Positions 23,638 to 36,583 of a DNA stretch of 64,000 nt are shown in pieces (the stretch's first letter is position 1; every line of letters starts with the position of its first letter). This DNA is from Adineta vaga (taxonomy: Eukaryota; Animalia; Rotifera). The notes beneath the pieces are model-generated. The model was not told the DNA's origin, made no database searches, and saw only the letters and a program-made list of their open reading frames with translations. The position numbers and the translations under genes were made by a program. The stretch covers positions 11,656,001 through 11,720,000 of the forward strand of contig CP075497.1 in the NCBI GenBank assembly GCA_021613535.1. Direction: 5' to 3'.

Positions 23638-24534
23638 ATGCAATTAACTTTTGAACACTTCCTAAATACCATCATGAAAACCCTCGTTCACAACAAAAAA
23701 TTGTTGATTTACGAACAAATGTTTTATCAAAACGTTATTTATCACCATTAGGTGACGAAAAATGTTTAATACTTGCACAAGTATTTAAATCAACATTACA
23801 TTGCTCAAAACAATCAATCGCTCGTGATAGTCTTGATCAACTAGAAAAACAACAACCAGTCATCATGTGATAACATCAAATACAATGTATTATGAATCTG
23901 TAGAAGATTTTGAACGTGTTGATGAAATTTATTCAATAATATTAGAAGATAATGGAACAGATGCAATTATTCGAAAATGAAAAATTAGTCTTTTAAAAGA
24001 ACAAAATCAAATATGTGAAGCAATTAGTGAATTAAATTTCTATTGAGATGAGAACTTTATTAAGTAAAGATTTATAATTTTTCTCTTTTTAATTTCTTAT
24101 TGATTTCTTTTTTTTTGTAAAAGGCTGATCAAGAAGTTTGGTGTGAATTATATGATCTTTATTTATCTAAACCTGATTATGTTAAAGCTGCATTTTGTAC
24201 TGAAGAATTTCTTTTAATTAATCCACATAATCATTTAAATCATGAATGTTATGCATCGATTCGTTACTCTCAAAGTAATGATTACGAAAAAGCTTGAACA
24301 TATTATTTTAGTAGATTAATAATTAATCCAACAAATATTCATGCATTATCTGGACTTATATTAACATCAACAAATCGTGTCATGAAAAATTCATTTCGTT
24401 CAAATGAAAATAATCAAATTTTTATTGAATAGATTCAACGGGTACGTCAACAAATCATTGAAAAATATTAAGAAACAATATCAGATCTTCATCCAGTTAT
24501 TTAATTAGCTTTACAGAGTGTATCATTAGAATAA
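23638..24534 (+). pseudogene. EMC2: EMC2 (TTC35) pseudogene
   Basis: LGDEKCLILAQV, IRK*KISLLKEQ, EAISELN and ADQEVWCELYDLY...DYVKAAFCTEEFLLINPHNHL align with EMC2. In-frame stops at 23978, 24295 and 24430, plus frameshifts. Confidence 0.85.
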
Positions 24535-24594
24535 AAAATATCTCTCTCTTTGTCACATTCTTCTTAGTTTTGATGTTGTTCTTGTTCTATTTAG

Positions 24595-25550
24595 AATGAT
24601 AAAGGAAATACATCAACATAAATCTTTGCTTTTGGATATAAGTGTAGTTGCTAAAGATCGAGGAGAAGTAATAGTTGTTAATGAAGACCACTATGATCGA
24701 TCAACAATAAATGCAACATCGAACAATCTGTAACAAATCAGCATCGAGTAAGTTTTATCAGTTGGATCAATGATTGTTTTCTAATCATGAAATGGTTTTT
24801 TTTGTTTAGCCGTATGAAATAGAAAAACAAATATCTGATTAAAAATGCGAACATTTACAAAATGAAATTATTTTCTTTGATGAATGGCATAAATAATGAA
24901 CATCTTCCAAATAGCATGAAGACAAATTCTTTGTTGAAGTAAAAGTACGAGTTTTGAACGGACAGGTAAACAATTATTATCTTTTCGAAGGAAAATCATT
25001 GAAAATATTTCAGATGAATTGTTCATTGTAGAAAAATAACACAATATGTTTTGTTGAATTATTTAGTAATGTTTGTTTCATCTTGTGAAAAAGTACTTAG
25101 TTTTGGAATGAAAAGGTAAAGATATTTGTTGAAAACTTGTATTCATTGTTCGTATGTTGTTTAGTGTATGTCATGAAACAAAAGTATGTTGATCTTCGAA
25201 TGATCAAGAGAAGATTATTAAGTTATATGGTATTTTCAAGTCATTAGAAAAGAAATCTCTCATAAGAAGAAGAAGAAGAAATGGAGTTGATTAAGTATTA
25301 TGGTTTTTCATAGATTTATCTTTACTTCACACAGCTGATTTGTTACAAACAAAAGATGCAGAAAAGTGAACTATAATTCAAACAGGTGCACTTATTCATT
25401 ATGGTATGTATTTGATGAATTTGAATTGATAATGAAAATATTTGTATTGTTGATTTTTTTTCAAGAGATCTTGGTAACAATTATAATGATAAATTATATT
25501 TGAATGATAATTTTAATGTTTTTCAAATATATATTCAACAAGAATAGATG
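24595..25550 (+). pseudogene. Decayed multi-exon gene, unidentified
   Basis: Regularly spaced intact gtaagt/gtaaac...ag introns separate coding-like, stop-riddled segments. Its first part is duplicated at about 27430-27600. Confidence 0.45.
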
Positions 25551-25677
25551 AGTGTCAATTATTGATGCTAATAAATTATCTTTCATTAGATTCGAATCTA
25601 GTTTTTCGTATTTTGTTTCAACGTTTCATACAATAAGAATGAAAATAATTCAACTGTATTTTGTTCTTTTTCAGATC

Positions 25678-25981
25678 ATGAGTGTACAATCTATCAACTT
25701 GAAAAAAAGAGGGAGGTACAAGGATTTATCTGATCCGCGTGGATGGTGACAACGGAATGAGTATGAAAGCTGTACGTGTGATTTTTCCAGAAGCAGTGAC
25801 GATTGGATATTTAAATCATGAGAAGAAGATTGCGTTGTAAGTTAAATGTAATTCATTGATATTTTATTTGGAATTGGTTTTAGGTTACAACTCGATAACA
25901 CGTCGCAAAAGGTTTCTCCACTACCAAATGAACAATAGCAGGATGATATTGAGTATTTAGTGATATTTCCGCGATATTCAA
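25678..25981 (+). pseudogene. Decayed gene with a TDP-43 N-terminal-domain-like segment
   Basis: After a frameshift in an A7 run: IRVDGDNGMSMKAVRVIFPEAVTIGYLN...LQLDNTSQKVSPLPNEQ*QDDIEYLVIFP. This resembles the TDP43_N pattern (DG..L..V...FP.A..L.Y...P...W...Y.V.YP). Confidence 0.45.
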
Positions 25982-27159
25982 GTAAGTGAAAAAGAGTTTT
26001 GCTCTACATATGTAAATATGTATATGAATGTTTTTCTAGGTAAGGAAGTAACAAAGTCATCGTCGAATGAACAAAAATGGTTTGTATTTGATAAAGGTAA
26101 ATAGCTACTTTTCTTTTATTCTGAAGATTTTCATAGATAACACTTTAATCTGAATGTAAAGTTGTAGAATATATTTCAAGTGAACTATCATTTCCCTGCT
26201 AAGACATAAACAGGAATGCATCTATGTTTCATTTTGTTGAAATTAATTGAAAAATATAAAGTTAATAGTATAAGAATGATTGTCGTTGATCGATGATTGT
26301 TCTTGCGACATAACAGAGATCAGAGAGATTTATTTTATGTGGAAAGTATGGACACATCATGTCAAGTTATAATAGAATCGAAATCAAATAAGAAGATTTT
26401 AAATTTCATTGGCAAATTATGTATAATGCAAAAGGTTCATGGAGTAGAAAACATAGAGATCATATGGAACTATTGATCGTTTTGTCGATAGTACAATAAT
26501 ACCCGATGCAATCTAACTCATCTTCACAATATGTAGAAGATAATCGATGAGACTAAACTGTGAAGAAAAGTTACATGAAAATTGAGTTGGATTATCAGAA
26601 GTTATTGTGCAAATGGAAGAACGACCACAACCATTGATTCTCATAGTATATTAGCTTTTTTCGTAGTATATGTATTTGACATTAGAGTTTGTTTTAGATG
26701 TATATATCTGATACTTTCTTCTCAACAATATTCTTGTAATTTAGATATCAATATTTCTCAACGAATTTACAATTGGTGGATGAGATATTTGGATAAAAAT
26801 CTTAAAACTGATTAGAAGCTGATTTTATTTGTATCACAATTACCTGTAAGTATCATGTGATTATCGATCATTTCTATTCAAGTTCTCTTCCATATTTCCT
26901 TTGTGTTCTCAATATATTCTTATACCATACATCGAGCTAGAAGTTGAGAACGTTATTAGTAAGCGAGTCCTCACCACAAAACAATTAGCGAGAGCAATTC
27001 ATAAACAGAATTTTATCCAATGTATATTCATCAGTGTATTCGAAAATTTCTTATTGATTTTTAGTTTTTCTTCAAAGACTGAACAAGAACCATGTATTGA
27101 AATATGTATGACATTCATTAAGCTGAACATGATCATTTTAAAGTTACAGTTTATGTTGA

Positions 27160-27393
27160 TGAACTTCACCTAATTAATCCACATAATCATTCAAATCATG
27201 AACTTTATTCTTCGATTCGTTAGTAACAAATGAACTTATATTAACATCAACACATCGTGCAATGAACAATTCATCTCATTCGATTGAAAATAATCAAGTT
27301 TATTTTGAAGAAATTATTGAAAAATATCGAGAAACAATACGAGATCTTGTTCTGCTTAATGAATTAGTTTCACAAAGCTTAACTTTGAAATAA
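27160..27393 (+). pseudogene. EMC2: Second, internally deleted fragment of the EMC2 3' half
   Basis: ttaatccacataatcat, cttatattaacatcaaca and gaaaataatcaa also occur at 24216-24420. Translation LINPHNHSNHELYSSIR*. Confidence 0.75.
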
Positions 27394-27738
27394 AAACTAT
27401 TTTCTCTTACTTCTTGTTTTATTTGGTATTAGAAAAGAAAAAAAGAATAGGTGAACATAAATTCTTTATTTTAGATAGTGAAAATAGAATTGTAAAATAA
27501 ATATAAAATATTACTAAATGAATTTGCTAAAGTTCATGGACAAATAATAGTTCTTAAGAAAACTGTTATTGATGAACAAATAAAATTTCAACTATTTCAA
27601 GTAACATTTTTTCTTCTAATAAATCATCTTCTTACATTTTCTTTTGTTTTTTCCTAGGAAGATATCAGTCATAAGGGTGAGGGTGAGTGATTAACACAAT
27701 ACCCACACTCTTTTTATTCTATTTGGTTTTGTATTTAG

Positions 27739-28090
27739 ATTTTTTATAATGCGAGAACAATTGCTGCACTTGAACAAGAAAAAGAACATTGGCGTTTAGG
27801 ATATCAATTATTAAAAGTAAAATTTGAGAAAATGCGTGATGGACATTCCAAACAAATCGAAGAGTTAAAAGAGAAAACAGTAATAACAACAAATGAACAA
27901 ATAGATGGACTTATTTCAACTTCACCACCAATAGTGAGTATTTCTATAGAAAAATAGAAATATACGAAAGGAAATTCTCTTTTTTTTTGTTTAGTCAACA
28001 GTTAATCTTCATGAGATTCTCGAACAAGTTTTGATCCACGAAGTCAACGTGAAAGCATCATAAAACAATATTATTCACAAAAAATTCTTG
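27739..28090 (+). pseudogene. PPP1R21: PPP1R21 (KLRAQ1/CCDC128) internal gene fragment
   Basis: IAALEQEKEHWRLGYQLLKVKFEK and QRESIIKQYYSQKI resemble PPP1R21 LEQEKEHWMLEAQLAKIKLEK and REDLIKNHYMARI. One intron is retained; the rest of the gene is absent. Confidence 0.7.
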
Positions 28091-31000
28091 ATGGCGTGGG
28101 AGTGAATGAATCGAATGAGACAGTCACCCACATCGTTAAGTTAATTGAAAAAGATTTAGGGGTGCAACAAATCTTGTTGAAAATTTGAATTTAAGATTTG
28201 AGAATTGGATTTGGATCGAAAATAGTAATGAAATTATGGTTAATGTGAAAGATGTTTACCTCTCTGTGCAAACTTCTTAGTTCTTTCAAAACGATGGAAT
28301 CATTTTTGTGAATTTATGTTAATTTTCTATGAGAAAGTTTCATCAGAACTCGAACTCTTTTTAGATTTATTACTAAATTTGATGTTTAGCTTCTGGTGTC
28401 TATTGATTATCTTATTCACCTAAGTTGAGCCGATTTGACTCATTTAATATCAGAGTAGCATAACTTACAGACATCTGATATCCAAATCATTGGATTTGGT
28501 GCACCTCTGAGAATATTCATTCTACTTTCTTATAATGATAAAGAAAATTATGATAACGATTTGTATTAAAATTTATTTATTCGTAATGTGTCGTTGTATC
28601 GAAATGTTTCATATTAAATAGATGTTTCCATTTTCTTTCTTTTTATAATATAATTCAAAGATTTTGCTACCTAGAATCGGAACCGAAACCACGGTCCCGA
28701 TTCGCTTCCGGGTAACATTTTTTTCCTTGGATACAAACAAAATATTCATATTTATTACGACAAAATTTTTTTCATAAAACGAGTGAGTTTCATAGTGCAT
28801 AGACATGTTATATTTCCCACTTTTAGAATTAATGATGAAACGCATCGATCTGCCAGTCTACGAATCAATCACACGACTCTTTTTCATCACGTCACGGCTC
28901 ATATGATGATTAGAACAAAATTAATATTGATCATTGTATTCTGATGTATCATTTTCAAGAGCTACGATGTTCATCATTTTTTTTTAGGTGTAATCAGTCA
29001 TCCATATCATACGATGTTCATTCTTTTTCGTACGAATAGTCAAAATGGTGAATATATTTTGTAAAATCTTTCACTCATATAGTAAGTTGTTGAAAAGGTA
29101 TTTTCTATAAAAATGAGAAATGAATTATTTAGTGAGGGTCAATGTTATAAAAAAAAAGTTTGATGGTAGATATGCTTGATTGAACACGTAGTTTGGAGGA
29201 ACGAGAATATTTTATGCGTAATCAAATATAATGTTTTTTTTTTCAACTATTTGTAGACAAATTTTATAATGTATTTGACGAGAATAGTTTTTTTCGTATT
29301 GATTATTGATTCATTGGCAACAGATATTGATAATACTACTGTAGCTGATGAAAAAGATGATGAAATTGATACTGTTACAGCAAATTATAATCTGACTAAA
29401 TTAGCAGCAATATTATTTAATCAAGATTCAAATATAACTTGTTAAAACCATTCGATTTTCTATGAAGAATATATGACAATCATTGTATTTTGTTAATAAC
29501 AGTAAAAGAATGAAATATTTGTATGAATTATTGCTGCACATGGTTGAAATCATTCATTTTCTATTGATCCATTTTCATAATAATTATAAAAACAAATCAT
29601 ATATTCAAAATATAGTAGTCAAACAAACATTTGAACCTTTAATTCGTTCACTTTCTATCTTACAATGAGATAAGTCATTCATACAAATGATATTTTACGC
29701 AGTTAGATAAAATATTTGAATAAAAATTTTGTAAAAATTATTCAATATGTTCATCATTATAAATATGAAATTGATTAAATCTAAAACCAGTAAATCTAGT
29801 GAATATTTGAACAAAGTGATACCGATACTTTTCCTTGTTGTCATGGCTCTGTGAATTATTCAGATATCTTCTAGTGATTTATGATTTTGAAACATAAATA
29901 ATCTTCCGATAAGATATACAAAATATTTGAAAATACATATTGCCGTTAGAATTATTCATATTTCTTGTTATCAATGGATATTATGCTTTCAATCAAGATT
30001 CTTATATGAAGAACTCTAATTGTTGATTAGATATTTCTTGGTTTTAATTGTTCATTTTCTTTATAATATATATAACATACACTTCGATATAAAACTTCAT
30101 TGACGTATACAGTCAATAGTTTAATAAATCGATTTTTGAATCTATTCATTTTCCTTATGATCTTTATACGTATCATCATATGAGAATATCATCGATCATA
30201 ATAAAACCGATTGTTGATTAGTTGCATTATGGTCGTATGAAATATTCAGTTAACACATGATCATCGAAAAATTTGCTGTGTAGATCACTTCACGTAAACA
30301 TCAATTGAATTTTTGAATGGAAATTTGGTAGAAATCATTCATTATTGCTTTGTACATAAAATATTGAATATGAGTTTAAGTTTAGATGTAAAGAAACCAA
30401 ATATTTGACTGAACATTTTCTAGATGTTATTCATTTATGCTGTCATTAACTTCTATATCATTTTAAAGGTAATAATGAAATACATCCTGGAGTTAATTGG
30501 TGAAGTACTTGGTAAGATCTGTTCATATTTTTTGTACTGAACAACTATCGTAGTGGGTCGATGTTTATAGAGAAAAGATGCATCTAATAGTTGATTAAGA
30601 ATATATTAGAACTAGTTCAACTTCATAATAATTAATAAGTGATTTGCTTTCGAGAAACAAAGCTAGATAAAGACTGAAATAAATGAACACTTACATTATA
30701 TAAATTATTCATTTCTCATATCATCATTGAATACACAAACTTTTACAAATATTCGAGAAAAATTCAAAAAATACTGAGATGAAAACTTCATATTTTCATT
30801 TATTCATATTCCGTATAATCATCTGACATTCAATATTTCAAAGAAATGATTAAGCATTAGGTAAAATAATTGATCAAAATTCTAATACAAACTATTCAAT
30901 TATCTCATTATCTACATTCATTAACTATTTCTTCATATGTATCTACCAAAAAAATAACATAGTGAAACAAAATTTTATATGTTTAAACCATTCAAATACC

Positions 31001-31227
31001 TTCAAACATTCTACTGATAATCTATTTCAATGATTCTTTTAAATAACAACATGAATATTTAAACAAAATCCTAAATCAGATCCGTATGTAAATCTTTAAC
31101 AGAGATTAACAAATTTATATTTTCTTTTATATATAGAAAATCGAATCCATAAACATTAACAAAATTATTTCTTAGTTCTTTTTTTTTACAAAAACATATC
31201 TATAATCAAACCAAAAATGAAACATCA

Positions 31228-31659
31228 TTAATCTGTTTGTTGTTCATCTTTGCTTGTTGTTTTATTCTTTCCATGCGCTTGTTGCCAAAGTGCATTTCTC
31301 ATTAATCTTGTTGTTGCTTGTTTATCAATTTTCGATGCTGTTTGTCGATCAACAACTGATTTTAATTTATCCATATAAGATTTTACACGATCTAACTCAT
31401 TTTTCAATTGCGTTTGTTTAGGATCAACACCACGCGTTCGTAAATAAGCCCACATTAATGAATTTAATGTATATGTAGCTGTTATATCAAATCGTGCTTG
31501 ATCAAGTGGTGTTAAACTTTCATGTAATGTTGTATATGAAACTGAATCAAGACGAGATAAAAAGGTTTCTAATTCATTTAAAGAACTTTCAAGTTGAGTT
31601 GCGCGAGCATTGAAATCATTTTCAACTTCTGGATCAGGTTGATTAGGTTTTGTTGTCAT
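31228..31659 (-). CDS. C1D: Nuclear exosome cofactor C1D/Rrp47
   Basis: LTPLDQARFDITATYTLNSLMWAYLRTRGVDP, KNELDRVKSYM, RLMRNALW. Confidence 0.93.
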   Translation of the reverse strand: MTTKPNQPDPEVENDFNARATQLESSLNELETFLSRLDSVSYTTLHESLTPLDQARFDITATYTLNSLMWAYLRTRGVDPKQTQLKNELDRVKSYMDKLKSVVDRQTASKIDKQATTRLMRNALWQQAHGKNKTTSKDEQQTD

Positions 31660-31789
31660 TTGTAAGATCTTATGAAAATCTGAAATAAAAAACAAACAAA
31701 CAAACAAAAAATAGATCCCAAATCAAAACAATAGCTTCCGTTTTTAAAAGAAAGTTGAATAAAACAACGATAACAAATAAAGTCATTCA

Positions 31790-34700
31790 CTAGTTTCGTC
31801 CTCGTCCACGACCACGACCTCCTCGTGAAGGACCTCTTCCTCGACTGCTTCCACCTCGACCTCGACCACGACCACGACCACCACCTCTTCCGCGACCTTG
31901 GCCACGACCACCTCCTTGTCCACCACGACTATAACTTGGTCGATTTTGCATATTTGTTATATAAGTTACTGTTTTTTGAATTGTATCCATAAAATATTCA
32001 TGACAAAGTATACACGCAGATGTTAAATTCGTTAGATCTGCATTCTTTTCCTATAAAAATCAATCTTCTCATCAATCATTTAAATTCTCCTTTTCTCTTA
32101 CCTTATTAAATTCTACATTCATCAATGCTGTGTCACATCGATTACAAAATTCTCCATCTTTCATCGTAATCTTTTGAATAGCTTCAGGTAATGACAAAAC
32201 AAACGGACATCTATATCAATAATTTCCATGAAAAAAGACCCAACCCATTTCATTCAAAAAGTACATACTTATTACAAGCAACACGATATTTCGGCATTGA
32301 TGTGACATCTAATACAAACATACCTTGTTTACAAATGTAACAAGTACAAATTCCATTATGTCCAAGAGAATATCGACATGTTGGATGTGTACATTCATTA
32401 CAGCCAGAATTTTTACGCATATCATCAAATGGTGGATTATTATAACAATAAGGACATAATGAAAAACTCTAAATGAATTAAATTTGAAAGGAAAATTTAA
32501 TAAAATCAAATTACTTTTCCATTATTATTAGCAGCGTATTGAACAAGTTCAAATTCATCTAATGGACATCGAAGTTCTTTGAAGGATTTAATTAAACCAT
32601 TTTGTGGAAGATTATAAGTTACTTTACATATTTCACAATGTAAACGACTTGGTCGAGATTCAATTAATTTCATATAACGACGACATTTTCCACATCTAGA
32701 ATATAATTCAAATGATTTGTTTCAAAAAAGAAACTAATCTTGAAGATTTTTTTATTCTACTTGGAAAATGGTTTGCCACTAGCAGCTAATGATGAAAATG
32801 ACACTTCAAAAAGTGCATCCATTCCTAGAATATGTTGAACAAAATAATGAAATTTTTGTTCAAATATTCGAATAACATGTGCCACAACTTGTTGATAATT
32901 CACCCGACCCATAGCAATCTAATCAAACAAAACTTGATTCACTTTCACTAATTCAAAACAATCAAACAAACTTCATTCAATTCCGTTTCGACAGATGATC
33001 TCATATGTGGTAAAGATAATTCTGGATCAATCTAATTCACCAATGACATGTTGAATATTTTCGATGAAACGTTTTTTCCAACTTACTTTTTGATAACCAT
33101 GTACAAGTACAATACCTAGAGATGTTGGAATTAAACGTCGTCCATTATCAACTTTGACATAATTTCTTTCACAAATATTATTAATATGTACTGGAATACT
33201 TGCATCCGTTCCAATGCCATGTTTTTCCATTAAAGAAATCAATTCACTTTCGGTTAAATAATCCGGTGCTGATGTATGTCGTTCATCTAATTTTACATCT
33301 TCTATTGTAAAAATTTCATTGATAGTAAATGTTGGAATAGGATCATCATCAGAAACACGTTTCCAAGACATAATCGCTGTAAAACCAGGTTCAATAACAT
33401 TCTTTCCTGTCAAGGAAAATGTTTCATTGGCTCCTTCGAATAGAACCGTTTTTTCTTCATAAATACAATCTGGACTAACCTAAAATTCAATTGAAAGAAG
33501 AAACAAAACGTTTTTATCAAAAGATTAAATATTATACTGTAGCAATGAAATGACGACAAACATAATCGTATAAACGCCAATAATCACCGCCACCAACGGC
33601 TGCTGGACTTGCTGCTTTGACAGGTGTAATGGGAGGATGGTCGCCAACATCTTTTCCACGTTTTGCTGAAGTATATTGTCCTTCGGATAGAAGACTTTTG
33701 ATATGACCTTGCCAATCAGCACCCGAACAATTTGACAATTCACGAAGAACACCTCTAAAACAGAAAAGCTTAATCATCGAGTGCAGATAGTTCGTATCGA
33801 AAAGTTCACTTTAGATCAGCATTATCAGCATATTGTGTTGTTTCTGTACGTGGATAACTTATAAAACCTGATGTATAAAGACGTTCAGCAATTTGCATAG
33901 CATGGTGAGGACTCATTCCTAATAGAAAAGGAATATTTCGTTTGTTTTTGGAATGAGAAATCATATGAATATTAATCTTACCAAGACCGGCACTAGCTAC
34001 TTTAAGTAAATCAACAGTATTCAATGCATTTGGACGACCTTTGTGTTTCTTTTCTGTTTTAACTGAAAGAACTCTAAAGAAAATCGAAGAACATCATCGT
34101 CTCATATTAAATATTAGTTCAATTTTAATTTACCGAACTTTATTTGCTGTTTTAATGTTATTGAGAAAAAAATATGCGATTTCTTTATCAAATAAATGAC
34201 CACGATCCCAATATAGTTTCAATGTTTTTTCATTCGTATGTTTTATCTACAAAAACATACACAAACAAACAAATCATAGGTAGATATATAAATTTACTTC
34301 AACAGTTAATAACCAATAAGGTTCGGATTGAAAGGATTGTATTTTATCATAACGATCAACACAAAAACCAAGTGTTGGTGTTTGACATGGTCCATACGAT
34401 ATACAACTACTATCTAAATCACCATATTTTCCCTAGAATAAACATAAAAATGAAAAGAGAAATAAATAATTATGATTAATCCATACTTGAAAATATCGAG
34501 TTTGAAAACGTGTAAATGCACAACCAATACGTAAATCTAATTCTTGTCGAGCTTCAACTGATAATGACTGATTCTTATCTGGATAGCCAAGATTATTAAA
34601 TGCATGACGAATATCTTTATCAGTAATTGAACTAAATTTCGCTCGAAGAATTTTCGCCTATATTAAAAACAAAACAATAATTGATGAAAAATTTCATTCT

Positions 34701-35195
34701 CAAACACACATTTTGATTAATTGATGATTGAATACAATCAATAACTTCGAAACAAATATTTTCACCTTCTTTATCACAATCCAACCATAGAATGATCACA
34801 TCAGCACCTCGAGCTTCTTTTTCAAGAAAATTTGGCATTCGATGATTTGGTGATGCTTCTTTTTTCAATGTTTCACCAGCAAATAATTCAGCCTAGGAAA
34901 TGATTCGATCGAATATCTTCTCTTCAGAGATAAACAAAAAAGAAAACGATTTGAGTCTTACTGGATCAACTTTATCCCAATTATTATAACGCGGAACGAA
35001 ATCAATACCAAAAACATGTCCAGCTACTGATGTCATACGATAACGTGCGGATGAATTGGATTGATATTTTCCTGTCCATTCATGTATACTACAAACATTA
35101 TTAAAACCTTTTCGTGATGATAATTGACCATTGGAAAGAATTTGTGAAATTGATAAAGCCAATGAAGGCTTTTCTGCGACCATAAAGATAATCAT
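31790..35195 (-). CDS. TOP3B: DNA/RNA topoisomerase III beta
   Basis: MVAEKPS (TOPRIM), [24 protein letters not shown] (catalytic Tyr), [17 protein letters not shown], a Cys-rich zinc region and a C-terminal RGG tail. Confidence 0.97.
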
Positions 35196-35416
35196 CTTTT
35201 TATTTTTTTCTTCTTTCTTTTGAAAAGAAAAGATATCTATTTGAATTAAAAAGAAAATCTATAAAGATCGATTCGCATGTTTTCTCACTCCTTGTCTGTT
35301 GCTTTTTTTTTAAAAACACAACAATGGCATCATTTTAACAAAAAAAAGGAAAAGAAAAGAAAAGAAAAAAGTTGATGTTCTTGGCTAAATCTTCGATATA
35401 TTTGGTTAATTGAGTT

Positions 35417-36263
35417 TTACATATTCTTAATAATATCTTCGATTTCTTCTTTTTTAAATAAACGATAACCTTTGGCATTGACAGTTGCCATTTCAACATT
35501 AGTTGCATTTAATTTTTCTTCCATAACTTGTTTAAGAATTGTTAAAACATGTTTACATGCTTCTTGTAATTTCATTGATTTATGATAAACATCTTGAAGT
35601 GTTTGATCAGCACCTTCACTACCTGAACCAATGGCTTTGGCATCATATTCTGTATAAGTGCCTGATGGATCAAGATGAAAGAGATGAGGACCATTTTCAT
35701 CCCAACCAGCAAACAAAAGTGCAACACCAAATGGACGTGATATCGGTGCAACTTCATCAGAATCATCACTGAATGCTAATGCCATATTTGATACGGATTG
35801 AGTGATGGATTCAATGGTCATTTGTTCATTATGTGTGAACCAATGATTTTGAGCTTCGACACGAGCTTTATCAATTAAAGTTTTTGCATCAGCAATTAAA
35901 CCGGACATCGCACAACCACAGCTAAGGATACATTTGAAGAGTAAGAATACAAAAAAAAAACGATTGTCGAACAGATTAACTTACTGAACATCAACTTCAA
36001 CAATCTTTTCAATACTACGTGGTTCGATAAGAACGGATGTAATACGTTTTTCTGTTGCTAAGACAACGCCTAAATCATATTCATTCGTAATCAGACTTTT
36101 CAACAGATGAATATTCTATCAAATACGAACCTTCTGATGTCATGATTCCAATAGCTGTTGTACCGAATTTAATTGCTTCGATAGCATATTCAACTTGAAA
36201 AAGACGACCTTCAGGTGAAAATGTATTAACACCTCGATCATATTCACTTCTTGTCATAAACAT
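35417..36263 (-). CDS. PSMA5: Proteasome subunit alpha type-5
   Basis: [47 protein letters not shown]. Two introns. Confidence 0.97.
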
Positions 36264-36583
36264 TTTGGAACGATTTTCTTTGTTTCACTCGGGACGTTTA
36301 AAACACGTGTGAAAATGATCTAGAATACCAACAAAAACATATATCTTTTTTTATTTTGATCTACAATCGACAAAAAAAGAATCCATTTTTTCTCATAGAT
36401 GATCGATATATATATATATATGTAAATTATGTACAAACAAAAAAGAGAAGTCAAAAAGAACCGAATAACTACATACGATGGTAATAATAATAATAATAGT
36501 GATGATGGTAGTGAGAAGGAGAATGAAGATCAGTTTGCTAAAAGAAAAGCAAAGACGGGTACGCAAAGCAATTCGATGGTTCA

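Noticed and set aside
23638-24534. Stop-codon reassignment or readthrough to explain the EMC2 stops
   Set aside because: Frameshifts are also present, and neighbouring genes use TAA, TAG and TGA as normal stops.
27675-27690. gggtgagggtgag resembling a TGAGGG telomeric repeat
   Set aside because: Only about two units, and gtgagt is better explained as a splice donor of the relic gene.
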